Of a stretch of 64,000 nucleotides of DNA, positions 8,236-16,713 are shown piece after piece. The position numbers and the translations under genes were made by a program. Position 1 is the stretch's first letter, and every line of letters begins with the position of its first letter. The stretch is from assembly GCA_020724585.1 (NCBI GenBank), contig DYGS01000001.1, positions 66,893 through 130,892 of the forward strand, read 5' to 3'. The DNA is from Candidatus Microgenomatus sp. Lineage in GTDB: Bacteria > Patescibacteriota > Microgenomatia > UBA8517. The notes below the pieces were generated by a model that had not been told where the DNA came from, did no database searches, and saw only the letters and a program-made list of their open reading frames with translations.

Positions 8236-9603
8236 TTATCCCAAAAGCATTTTTTTAATCCCTGCAATATCCCCTTGAATATCCACACTAGTCGAGGCTA
8301 GATTTTGTATTGTTTCCACACCATGTATTATCGTTGTATGATCCCTGCCTCCAATTATCCTCCCAATTGATTGTAGGGGAAGTTTTAATTCATTTTTAAG
8401 AAGATACATCAAAATTTGTCTTGGCCTTGCAAAACTTCTTACTCTTGACTCTCCCAGAAGGTCTTTTTTGTTGATCTGAAAGTGCTTACAAAGTATTTTT
8501 ATAACTTCTTCGGGAGATTTCCTGATAGTTTTTTCCTCTCCTCCGTTTTTACCTAAAATTGATTGAACAAAGTCATAGCTTGGTTCTACTCTCTTTGTGT
8601 TTACCTCAGAGAAAAGTTTGATTAAAAAGCCTTGTATGGCTCGCGCAGAATCTATATTCCCTGCAATTAAAGCAACAGTTTCGCTGTCAAGTTTTAATCC
8701 TCGCTCCTCTGCTTTAATTTGAACAATTGCGGATCGAAGTTCAAAATCAGGCGGCGCAATATCCACTATTAAACCGGCTTCAAACCTGCTTCTAAGTCTT
8801 AATTCCAATTTTGAGATTTCAGAGGGGGGGCGGTCTGAAGTTAAAATAACTTGCCCACCGGCAGAAGTTACGGCATTAAAGGTATGAAAAAACTCTTCTT
8901 GAGCAGTGTCTTTGCCGGCTATAAATTGTATATCGTCTATAAATAAGGCGTTTAGCTTTCGGTATTTTTTTCTAACTTCTGAAGTTGATTTGTTTCTTAT
9001 CCCTTCAACAATATCGTTGGTGAAATCTTCTGCTGTGCAGGCGACAATTTTTGAATTAACATTTTTTTCCAAAATTGCATGACCGACTGCATGCATCAGA
9101 TGCGATTTTCCAACTCCAACCCCTCCCCAAATAAAAAGCGGATTATAAGCAGTTCCAAGATTTTTTGAAACGGCTTCTGCTGCGGCATGAGCCAGTTGAT
9201 TTGATCCCGAGACGGCAAATTTATCGAATGTATAATCGAGTCTTAAATTAGCAAGTCTAACCGCTTTTTCCATTTCTTCCTTGTTTTTAATCGGTTCGTC
9301 AAAAAGCGGGGATGGAACATCAGTGTTTTTCTTGATGGGGTCCGCCACTGATCCAACCGCGAAAATTATATCTGTTGGCTTGTCTAATACTTTGGAAAGA
9401 GTGTCTTGAATTAAGCCTTGATACCTTTGTTCTATTTGATTTTTTATATAAAAAGATCCGCAGACAATTTCTGTGATAAATCTATTATTGATTTCTTTAA
9501 TGTCATTTATTTTAGTATGAATGAGGTAAGTGGCATATGATGCCCGCGACACTGAAAGTTTTAAAATTTCTAAAGTATTTTTCCAAATTTGTGATTTATC
9601 CAT
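8236..9603 (-). CDS. dnaA: Chromosomal replication initiator DnaA.
   Basis: The AAA+ Walker A is 'GGVGVGKSHLMHAVGH'. The C-terminal DnaA-box-binding domain is 'RPRQILMYLLKNELKLPLQSIGRIIGGRDHTTIIHG'. Confidence 0.93.
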   Translation of the reverse strand: MDKSQIWKNTLEILKLSVSRASYATYLIHTKINDIKEINNRFITEIVCGSFYIKNQIEQRYQGLIQDTLSKVLDKPTDIIFAVGSVADPIKKNTDVPSPLFDEPIKNKEEMEKAVRLANLRLDYTFDKFAVSGSNQLAHAAAEAVSKNLGTAYNPLFIWGGVGVGKSHLMHAVGHAILEKNVNSKIVACTAEDFTNDIVEGIRNKSTSEVRKKYRKLNALFIDDIQFIAGKDTAQEEFFHTFNAVTSAGGQVILTSDRPPSEISKLELRLRSRFEAGLIVDIAPPDFELRSAIVQIKAEERGLKLDSETVALIAGNIDSARAIQGFLIKLFSEVNTKRVEPSYDFVQSILGKNGGEEKTIRKSPEEVIKILCKHFQINKKDLLGESRVRSFARPRQILMYLLKNELKLPLQSIGRIIGGRDHTTIIHGVETIQNLASTSVDIQGDIAGIKKMLLG

Positions 9604-9687
9604 AATTATTAACGACTAGAAACTAGAATTAGAAGTTAGGCAATAGACTTCTTTAGCGGCAGAGTTTATATCTTGTTTTTACAAAAG

Positions 9688-9696
9688 TTATCCACA
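9688..9696 (+). promoter_or_regulatory. Consensus DnaA box (TTATCCACA) in the dnaA/rpmH divergent intergenic region.
   Basis: This is an exact 9-mer match to the canonical DnaA box. It sits between the divergent dnaA and rpmH genes, a classic origin and autoregulation site. Confidence 0.55.
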
Positions 9697-9746
9697 ATTG
9701 TAAAGAGCCAATTTACAATTTATGAGTTACAATTTACAATACACTT

Positions 9747-9890
9747 ATGTCAACAAAAAGAACTTATCAGCCGCACAAAAAGAAAAGAATCAGAAAATTT
9801 GGCTTTAGAGCCAGAAATTCAAGCAAGAACGGTCAAAAAATCTTAAAAAGAAGAAGATTAAAAGGACGAAGGCGTTTAGTGTTGGCCTGA
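9747..9890 (+). CDS. rpmH: 50S ribosomal protein L34.
   Basis: This 47-aa ORF is absent from the ORF track because it is shorter than 60 aa. Its sequence, [47 protein letters not shown], matches the L34 pattern. It lies immediately upstream of rnpA. Confidence 0.85.
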   Translation: MSTKRTYQPHKKKRIRKFGFRARNSSKNGQKILKRRRLKGRRRLVLA

Positions 9891-10256
9891 ATGCATATGC
9901 TCGCTTCCAAAAACAGACTTAAATCAAAGGCCGATTTTGCACGCATTGAAATCGATGGTAAATTATTCCAGTTTAAGAATTTTGGAGTTGGGATTTATGA
10001 TAGAAATGATGATAGCCCGTCGAGGTTTGGAATTGTTGTTTCGACAAAAATATCAAAAAAAGCTGTTATCAGAAATCAAATCAAAAGAATAATAGCTAGG
10101 GTATTAAGGCAAAAGATTGGTGAAATTCGAAACGGTCTTGATCTTGTTTTTTTAATCAAGCCATCTATTCTGCCGATTGACAGGCCAAAAATAGAAAAGG
10201 AAGTTTATGAGGTTTTTCTTAAAAATTTACAAAGCAACAATCTCTCCAAGCCTTAA
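9891..10256 (+). CDS. rnpA: RNase P protein component.
   Basis: The small basic protein contains 'FGIVVSTKISKKAVIRNQIKRIIARVLR', the RnpA motif. It sits in the conserved rpmH-rnpA-yidD-yidC order. Confidence 0.8.
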   Translation: MHMLASKNRLKSKADFARIEIDGKLFQFKNFGVGIYDRNDDSPSRFGIVVSTKISKKAVIRNQIKRIIARVLRQKIGEIRNGLDLVFLIKPSILPIDRPKIEKEVYEVFLKNLQSNNLSKP

Positions 10257-10395
10257 ATTTCTGTTTGGAGGAGGATGTAAATACAATCCCACTTGTTCTG
10301 AATATGCCGTTTTAATGATTGAAAAATATGGTATATTAAAAGGCATTCCACTCGCCATTAGGCGAGTTTTAAAATGTAACAATTTTTATATATGA
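10207..10395 (+). CDS. yidD: Membrane protein insertion efficiency factor YidD, which appears C-terminally shortened.
   Basis: The motif 'ISPSLKFLFGGGCKYNPTCSEYAV' matches the YidD core CxxxPTCSxYA. The gene overlaps the rnpA 3' end and its stop overlaps the yidC start. It ends at 'KCNNFYI', without the usual HP...DPV tail. Confidence 0.65.
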   Translation: MRFFLKIYKATISPSLKFLFGGGCKYNPTCSEYAVLMIEKYGILKGIPLAIRRVLKCNNFYI

Positions 10396-11201
10396 ACATT
10401 TTTCAAGTTTTACTAATACAGCCGCTAACAAATGGATTGATTTTGTTTTACAACTTGCTCTTTCAAAATATAGGGCTGGCAATTATTGGCTTTAGCATTT
10501 TTTTGAGGTTTATATTGAACCCGCTCACAAAACCTTACATGGAGTCGATGAAAAAAATTAAGGAGATAGAGCCGTTGGTTTCAAAACTTAAGAAAAAGTA
10601 TGTAAACGATCCAAAAGGTCTGATGCAGGCCCAAACAGAGTTATACAAGCAAAAAAATATAAACCCAGGTTCGGGGTGCCTTCCTTATATATTGCAAATA
10701 GTTGTTTTGATTGCTTTATTTAATGTATTTACTCAAGTCCTTTCTCAGAATGGTGATGCAATTTCAAAAATTAACCAGGTTTTGTACTCCCCTCTTAGAT
10801 TTTCAGAAGATGCAACTTTAAATACCCACTTTTTGTACTTAGATGTTAGGAAGCCTGATGTATTTAATGTGTCAGGAATTCCCTTTCCAATTCCAGGCCC
10901 TCTTCTTATTCTAGCGGGTCTTTTACAATTTTTATCTGCCAAAATGATGCAGCCAATGGTTAAGCAAGAGGAGAAAATTGCGAAAAAAACAAAGACAGAA
11001 ACAGATGATATGGCTGTTGCTATGCAATCATCAATGATTTATATGTTTCCTGCAATGACCATCATTTTTGGAGTAACTTTCCCTTCAGGCTTGGCTCTTT
11101 ATTGGCTTTTATTCTCCATTTTTCAAATTTATCAACAGTATAAAACTTCAGGCTGGGGAGGACTTACCCCTTTTATTCAAAAAACAGGTTTGCTACAATA
11201 G
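10392..11201 (+). CDS. yidC: Membrane protein insertase YidC/Oxa1 (short Gram-positive type).
   Basis: The 269-aa protein has 5 TM segments and YidC-like segments ('PLTKPYMESMKKIKEIEPLVSKLKKKY'). It follows yidD. Confidence 0.8.
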   Translation: MNIFQVLLIQPLTNGLILFYNLLFQNIGLAIIGFSIFLRFILNPLTKPYMESMKKIKEIEPLVSKLKKKYVNDPKGLMQAQTELYKQKNINPGSGCLPYILQIVVLIALFNVFTQVLSQNGDAISKINQVLYSPLRFSEDATLNTHFLYLDVRKPDVFNVSGIPFPIPGPLLILAGLLQFLSAKMMQPMVKQEEKIAKKTKTETDDMAVAMQSSMIYMFPAMTIIFGVTFPSGLALYWLLFSIFQIYQQYKTSGWGGLTPFIQKTGLLQ

Positions 11202-11210
11202 CCATTAATT

Positions 11211-11669
11211 ATGAAAGAAGCTGATTTGAAGGTTATTGAGGAATTGATCGCTGAACTATTTTCAAAACTTGGAATCTCACCTAAGTTTTCTGTTAAGGAA
11301 AATGGTGAGGATTCTCTTGAGTTAAATATCGACTCTCCCGAAGAAGCAGGGCTTTTAATTGGATTTAGAGGCGAAAATCTAGGGGGTCTACAAACCATTA
11401 TAGGATTGATGATTAAAAACAAATTAGGAAAGTGGTATAGGCTTACTGTAAACATTGGAGATTATAACCAAAAACAGGAGGATAAGCTTAAAAGCCTCGC
11501 AGATCAGGCTGCTGCTCGCGCTCTTGAGACTGGCGAGAGTCAACCTATTTATAATTTGAATGCTCAGCAAAGAAGAATAATCCACTTATATTTATCTGAA
11601 AATAAAGAAGTTCAAACAGAATCGGTAGGTGAGGGTCTGGATAGATATTTGGTGGTGAAACCTAAATAA
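11211..11669 (+). CDS. jag: Jag/KhpB-like R3H-domain RNA-binding protein.
   Basis: The C-terminal R3H motif is 'NAQQRRIIHLYLSENKEVQTESVGEGLDRYLVVKP'. It sits in the conserved position after yidC. Confidence 0.7.
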   Translation: MKEADLKVIEELIAELFSKLGISPKFSVKENGEDSLELNIDSPEEAGLLIGFRGENLGGLQTIIGLMIKNKLGKWYRLTVNIGDYNQKQEDKLKSLADQAAARALETGESQPIYNLNAQQRRIIHLYLSENKEVQTESVGEGLDRYLVVKPK

Positions 11670-11670
11670 G

Positions 11671-12762
11671 GTGTTATTAATATTATTTAATCTTCTTGCC
11701 TTTTTTCTTCCTACACAGTTAGGCCTGCATCTTAATTTTTTGCAGACTCCCGTATATGGATTTACGATTGACTATTTAATTCCAACAGTTTATTTAACAG
11801 ACATTTTAGCAATTTTAATAATAGTTTTTGGAATCAAACATCTAAAAATTAAAAAAAGCTATATGCTATATGCAATATGCTATATGGTTTTTGCTTTACT
11901 TAATATCTATATATCTAGCCACTTTATACCAGCCCTATACAAATGGCTAAGAATAACAGAATTAATATTATTAGGTTTGGTTGTAATAAATTATAAAAAA
12001 TTTGATGTTTTTAAAAATTTAATTAATCCATTATCGTATTCAATTTTTCTAGCTTGTATTCTTGGAATACTGCAATTTATTTCTAGATCTTCAATAGGCG
12101 GGTTATTTTATTTTTTTGGTGAGAGAACTTTTAGTTTTAATGACCCCAATGTTTCACCCTACCCTTATTCGTTTTTTTCTCACCCGAATTCATATGCAGG
12201 TTTTTTATTGGTATTTGGAATATTAATTATGAAATATAAATCAAGATTTAATTCAATAAAATATTACTGGATTTTAGTTGCCTTGGTTTTAGTAAATTTA
12301 GTTTTAACAAATTCTTTAAATGTTTACATAACAATTTTAATTTTACTATTTTTAAAGTTTAGAGAGAATTTAGCATTTAGTTTTTTGACATTTGATTTTT
12401 CTGCGCGCTTTATTACTCATCGCGTTGAACTACTGCAGTCTTCTTTAAAAATGATTAAAGAAAATTTTTTGATAGGAGTAGGCCTTAATAATTTTATTCC
12501 AAATTTGGTTAAAGTGAGTAATAACTATTTAAACTCTTGGGAATTACAACCTGTACACAATATATTTTTATTGGTTTTTTCAGAAACAGGAATAATAGGG
12601 CTATGTGCTTTATGTTATATGCTTTATGGTTCTCTTACAGCATATAACTTACCACTTATAGCCATAATATTAACTGGACTTAATGACCACTATTGGCTAA
12701 CTTTACAGCAAAATATGCTTCTATTTACATTTGTCCTGGCTTTATTTAGAATTAAAAAATGA
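11671..12762 (+). CDS. Polytopic membrane protein, possibly an O-antigen ligase/Wzy-like enzyme.
   Basis: It has ~10 predicted TM helices and a large loop region. The family assignment is based on overall architecture only. Confidence 0.35.
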   Translation: MLLILFNLLAFFLPTQLGLHLNFLQTPVYGFTIDYLIPTVYLTDILAILIIVFGIKHLKIKKSYMLYAICYMVFALLNIYISSHFIPALYKWLRITELILLGLVVINYKKFDVFKNLINPLSYSIFLACILGILQFISRSSIGGLFYFFGERTFSFNDPNVSPYPYSFFSHPNSYAGFLLVFGILIMKYKSRFNSIKYYWILVALVLVNLVLTNSLNVYITILILLFLKFRENLAFSFLTFDFSARFITHRVELLQSSLKMIKENFLIGVGLNNFIPNLVKVSNNYLNSWELQPVHNIFLLVFSETGIIGLCALCYMLYGSLTAYNLPLIAIILTGLNDHYWLTLQQNMLLFTFVLALFRIKK

Positions 12763-13187
12763 TTTCAATTTACTGTGATGGGGGAAGTAGAGGAAACCCC
12801 GGGCCTGCGGCCAGCGCTTTTGTCGTAACCAGAAACGATGAAGTTATTTACAAACAGGGTTTATACCTTGGCATCCAGACAAATAACTTTGCTGAATATA
12901 ATGCCGTTTTGACTGCAATAAAGTGGGTCGCTGAAAATTTTTCGAAAGAAGAAATAGTTATCAACCTTGATTCGCAGTTAGTTGAAAGACAACTGAATGG
13001 ACGATATAAAATAAAAAATGATAAATTAAAAAAATTATTTGACGAAATTAAATTGTTAATTCTTAACTCTTCATTATTAATTACTTTCGTTTGGAATTAT
13101 AGAGAAAAAAATAAACTTGCAGACAGATTGGTTAATCAAATCCTCAATAATAGTTCAACGGGAAAAGTGAAGGATACTGCCGAGTAA
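12759..13187 (+). CDS. rnhA: Ribonuclease HI.
   Basis: The N-terminus 'ISIYCDGGSRGNPGPAASAFVV...NNFAEYNAVLTAIKW' is an RNase H catalytic-core signature. Confidence 0.75.
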   Translation: MISIYCDGGSRGNPGPAASAFVVTRNDEVIYKQGLYLGIQTNNFAEYNAVLTAIKWVAENFSKEEIVINLDSQLVERQLNGRYKIKNDKLKKLFDEIKLLILNSSLLITFVWNYREKNKLADRLVNQILNNSSTGKVKDTAE

Positions 13188-13252
13188 AAATTTTCGTGAA
13201 TTTCGGAAAAAAATAATTTCATGTTCCATCGTTCATATGATAGGATTGATGT

Positions 13253-15760
13253 ATGGAAGATTTTGACGGACTTGTTGGAATAGTCTCCAGGAAAAATATT
13301 TTAACAGATAAATTAGAAGAAAAATTTCGTGCAAAATATTTGGATGTAAAAATTTTTAACAGTTTAACAAACTTTGACTTTAATAAATTCAATTATTTAA
13401 TAATAAATTTTTTGGATAATGATTTTGACGAAACCGAGGTAAAGAATTTAGTTAGGAATTTAGAATGTAAAATTCTAGTAATCCACCCTTTATATATTTC
13501 TGAAAGTAAAAAATATGTAAAAGATATTTTTTTAAATGAACTATTGAACGAAAACCCCAACCTTGGAATTTTGCTTGTACCAGAACTATTAGGATATGGC
13601 GTGAATTATAATCCAAACTTTATTAGTCATGATTTAATTAATCAGGTTATAACGAGCGAAAGAGTAAAAATTAGAAATTCTTCCCAAGTAATAAACGCGG
13701 TTTCCATAACAAAACTTGCCGAAAGAATAGTTGTTGAAACATTTTCATTTGGAGTGTCGGGTCAAAAAGTTTTATTGGTTGGTCCAAGAATCACTCCCGT
13801 AAGCATGGCTTTGAAGATGCTCGGCGTCCCAAAAGATGATTTGATCATTAAAAATGAAAATTTATATCTTTCAGAAGTTGATCACACAAATGTTTATTCA
13901 TGCGATTTTTCACTTTCTTTGGCTGTTAAAAATAGCAAAAAGTGGTTTGAAGAAAATGTAGTGGAAAATCCCGTCAAAGTTGTAGAATCCCCAGAAAGAA
14001 AGTCATTTCTAAAATACAGATTTCTGATGAAGCTAACCCCAATTTTTATTGGTCTTATAGTAACTCCGTTATTAATACTTTTTTTTGGGTTTTTAAATTT
14101 GTATTTAGCATTTAAATTTATATCGACAGATTCAAATAAGGCAGTAATTGCATCTAATTTGTCAGAAAAATCTTTCTCAATCGTTTCAAGATATAACCTA
14201 GGACTTGATCTGATTTCTGATTCGGCAAGTTTTGGAGGACAACTGACAGAGATTTTAAAAGAAATGATTTATTTGGGGGGGATTGCGACTAACCTTGCTA
14301 CAAAAATTTTAGGAGACGATGTTTATAATGTCTCAAGCTACACGGATAGTCTTTCGGCAAGTTTTGATAAGATTTATCTTGATCTAAGTTTTCTTGAAGC
14401 TGATATGAGTAAAACAGACGGATATCTTCGTCAGTTAGCCAGAGATTATCTTTTTAAGAACAACATTGATCTGGAGCCAATAAAATCAGATATATACAAT
14501 GCCAAAGAACTTTCATCAAGGCTTGCTGGTATATTGGGTACAGGTTCGCCAAAAAAATATTTGGTGCTTTTTCAAAACAACATGGAATTGCGCCCCACGG
14601 GAGGCTTTATAGGATCTTACGCAGTTTTAACTATTGATAAAGGAAGATTAACGGATATTTCGGTGAATGATGTTTATTCCGCTGATGGACAATTAAAAGG
14701 ACATGTGGAACCGCCCGAGCCTATCAAAAAATATCTTGGTGAAGCAGGGTGGTATCTTAGGGATTCTAACTGGGATCCTGATTTTGAAGAAAGTGCAAAA
14801 ATGGCACAGTGGTTTTTGGATAAGGAAGTAAATCTAACAGTTGATGGAGTTATTGGTGTTGATTTGTTTTTTGTTAAAAAGCTTCTTGAAATAACAGGCT
14901 CGGTCAATCTTCCTGATTTTAATTTGACGATAGACAGCGGTAATTTATATTCAACTACTCAAAACGAAGTTGAGGAGAATTTTTTTCCTGGATCAATCAA
15001 AAAAGCAAGTTTTCTTACAGCCCTGACAAGATTTTTAATGTTTGAGATAGAGAAGATTGATCCCAAAAGATATTTTCCCCTGGTTTTATCTTTATACTCT
15101 AGCTTAGAGGGTAAACACATACTTATTGCTTTAAATGACAAAGACGCTTCGAAATTTATATCAAATTTAGGATACTCAGGGAATTTAGATTTAGCAATAG
15201 GATGCGGTCTTAGATGTCTGACATCTGCTTATGCGTTAGTTGACGCGAATGTTGGAGTTAATAAGGCCAATTTTTTTATCAATAGATCACAGGACTTAAA
15301 AATAATTGTTGGAGATCAAGGAGTGAGCAATCTTTTAGTTGCAACTTATGAGAACAAAGCAAAAAAAGGGGTGGGAGCAACTGGCATTTATAAGACTTAT
15401 ACAAGGGTAGTTTTACCTAAAACAGCTATTGTTGAAGGAGTTAGAATTTATTCTGCCGATGGAAGCTATCAGGATGTTGCATTTGATAGTTTGCAAAAAG
15501 CCGATTTGCTCGAAATAGGATTTTTGATGGAGGTTTTGCCTGAAAGCTTGAAAAAAGTTCAGATAGAATGGAAGATTCCATCAGATGTTTTGTTAAGCGG
15601 GGGAGAATTGAGGGTTAAATCTATAAAACAGCCGGGAACCGAAGGTGACAATCTACGAATTTCGGTTGAGAGTAATAATCTTTCCTTGACGGGTGGACTT
15701 CCAAACATTTATAATACAGCTCTGGATAAAGATATTGTCCAAAAGTTTTTCTTTAGATAA
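13253..15760 (+). CDS. Large membrane-anchored extracytoplasmic protein of unknown function.
   Basis: The 835-aa protein has a TM segment near residue 260 ('LTPIFIGLIVTPLLILFFGF'). A conserved-looking segment is 'ELRPTGGFIGSYAVLTIDKGRL'. No catalytic motif was recognised. Confidence 0.5.
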   Translation: MEDFDGLVGIVSRKNILTDKLEEKFRAKYLDVKIFNSLTNFDFNKFNYLIINFLDNDFDETEVKNLVRNLECKILVIHPLYISESKKYVKDIFLNELLNENPNLGILLVPELLGYGVNYNPNFISHDLINQVITSERVKIRNSSQVINAVSITKLAERIVVETFSFGVSGQKVLLVGPRITPVSMALKMLGVPKDDLIIKNENLYLSEVDHTNVYSCDFSLSLAVKNSKKWFEENVVENPVKVVESPERKSFLKYRFLMKLTPIFIGLIVTPLLILFFGFLNLYLAFKFISTDSNKAVIASNLSEKSFSIVSRYNLGLDLISDSASFGGQLTEILKEMIYLGGIATNLATKILGDDVYNVSSYTDSLSASFDKIYLDLSFLEADMSKTDGYLRQLARDYLFKNNIDLEPIKSDIYNAKELSSRLAGILGTGSPKKYLVLFQNNMELRPTGGFIGSYAVLTIDKGRLTDISVNDVYSADGQLKGHVEPPEPIKKYLGEAGWYLRDSNWDPDFEESAKMAQWFLDKEVNLTVDGVIGVDLFFVKKLLEITGSVNLPDFNLTIDSGNLYSTTQNEVEENFFPGSIKKASFLTALTRFLMFEIEKIDPKRYFPLVLSLYSSLEGKHILIALNDKDASKFISNLGYSGNLDLAIGCGLRCLTSAYALVDANVGVNKANFFINRSQDLKIIVGDQGVSNLLVATYENKAKKGVGATGIYKTYTRVVLPKTAIVEGVRIYSADGSYQDVAFDSLQKADLLEIGFLMEVLPESLKKVQIEWKIPSDVLLSGGELRVKSIKQPGTEGDNLRISVESNNLSLTGGLPNIYNTALDKDIVQKFFFR

Positions 15761-16447
15761 ATGACAAAAATTACACTTAAAGCTAATAAAAGGGATGTAT
15801 TTGGCAGAAAAGTCAAAAAATTAAGACAAGATGGATTAATTCCAGCCAATGTCTTTGGCAAGAAGATAAAATCTGAAAGCATCTCGGTTGACAAGCGAGA
15901 GTTTGAGAAAGTCTTTAAAGAAGCGGGTGAGACGCAGATAATTGATTTATCAGGAAAGCCCGTCTTAATTTCTGAGGTTCAAAGACATCCTGTTAGCGGC
16001 GATTATCTGCATGTTGATTTTAGGCAGGTAGATTTGACCGAGGCTATTAAAGCTCACATACCGGTTGTTTTGGAAGGCGATTCGCCTGCTGAAAAACAAA
16101 GTATTGGAACAGTTGTTCAACAGGTTCACGAAATTGAAGTAGAAGCGCTTCCATCAGATTTGCCTGAGAGAATAACAGTTGACCAGAGTGTTCTCGCGGA
16201 GGTTGACCAAGCAATTTTTGTTAAAGACTTAAAAGTTAACAGCAAAGTCAAGGTTTTAGCAGATGGAGATACTATAGTTGCTAAAGTTGAGCCTCCCTTA
16301 AAAGAAGAAGTTGTTGAAACTCCTCCTGCCCCTGCAGAAGGGTCAACAGAAGGCGAAGCCCCAACTGAGGGTGAAGCTGTCAAACCCGCCGAGGGAGAAA
16401 AAACAGCGGCTGAAGAACCCAAACAGGAAGAAAATAACAAAAGCTAA
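15761..16447 (+). CDS. rplY: 50S ribosomal protein L25/general stress protein Ctc, with an acidic C-terminal extension.
   Basis: The N-terminus 'MTKITLKANKRDVFGRKVKKLRQDGLIPANVFG' matches the L25/Ctc family. The C-terminus has a Glu/Pro/Ala-rich tail. Confidence 0.8.
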   Translation: MTKITLKANKRDVFGRKVKKLRQDGLIPANVFGKKIKSESISVDKREFEKVFKEAGETQIIDLSGKPVLISEVQRHPVSGDYLHVDFRQVDLTEAIKAHIPVVLEGDSPAEKQSIGTVVQQVHEIEVEALPSDLPERITVDQSVLAEVDQAIFVKDLKVNSKVKVLADGDTIVAKVEPPLKEEVVETPPAPAEGSTEGEAPTEGEAVKPAEGEKTAAEEPKQEENNKS

Positions 16448-16458
16448 TTTTTTAGATT

Positions 16459-16713
16459 CTAGTTTTTGATGTCTAAATTGAAATTCGGGTCAATAGTCAA
16501 AACTTTATCAATCCTCCCTAGTTCATACCAACCCATTTTATATGTAGGATGTTTGTCAACCAAATTCTGCCAGAATTGGCTGTAGTTTTCTGTCTGTTGG
16601 CCAAGAACCTGCAAAGTTTCCTGCCTGTGAATTGATTGCAAGTTAAAAATTGACAGAAGCAAAACAAGAACTGCAACAGTAATAAAGGTAAGGGTATTTA
16701 AATCTTTGGCCAT
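16459..16713 (-). CDS. Small membrane-anchored hypothetical protein.
   Basis: The 84-aa product has an N-terminal TM helix. It overlaps the valS 3' end by 16 nt. Confidence 0.3.
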   Translation of the reverse strand: MAKDLNTLTFITVAVLVLLLSIFNLQSIHRQETLQVLGQQTENYSQFWQNLVDKHPTYKMGWYELGRIDKVLTIDPNFNLDIKN

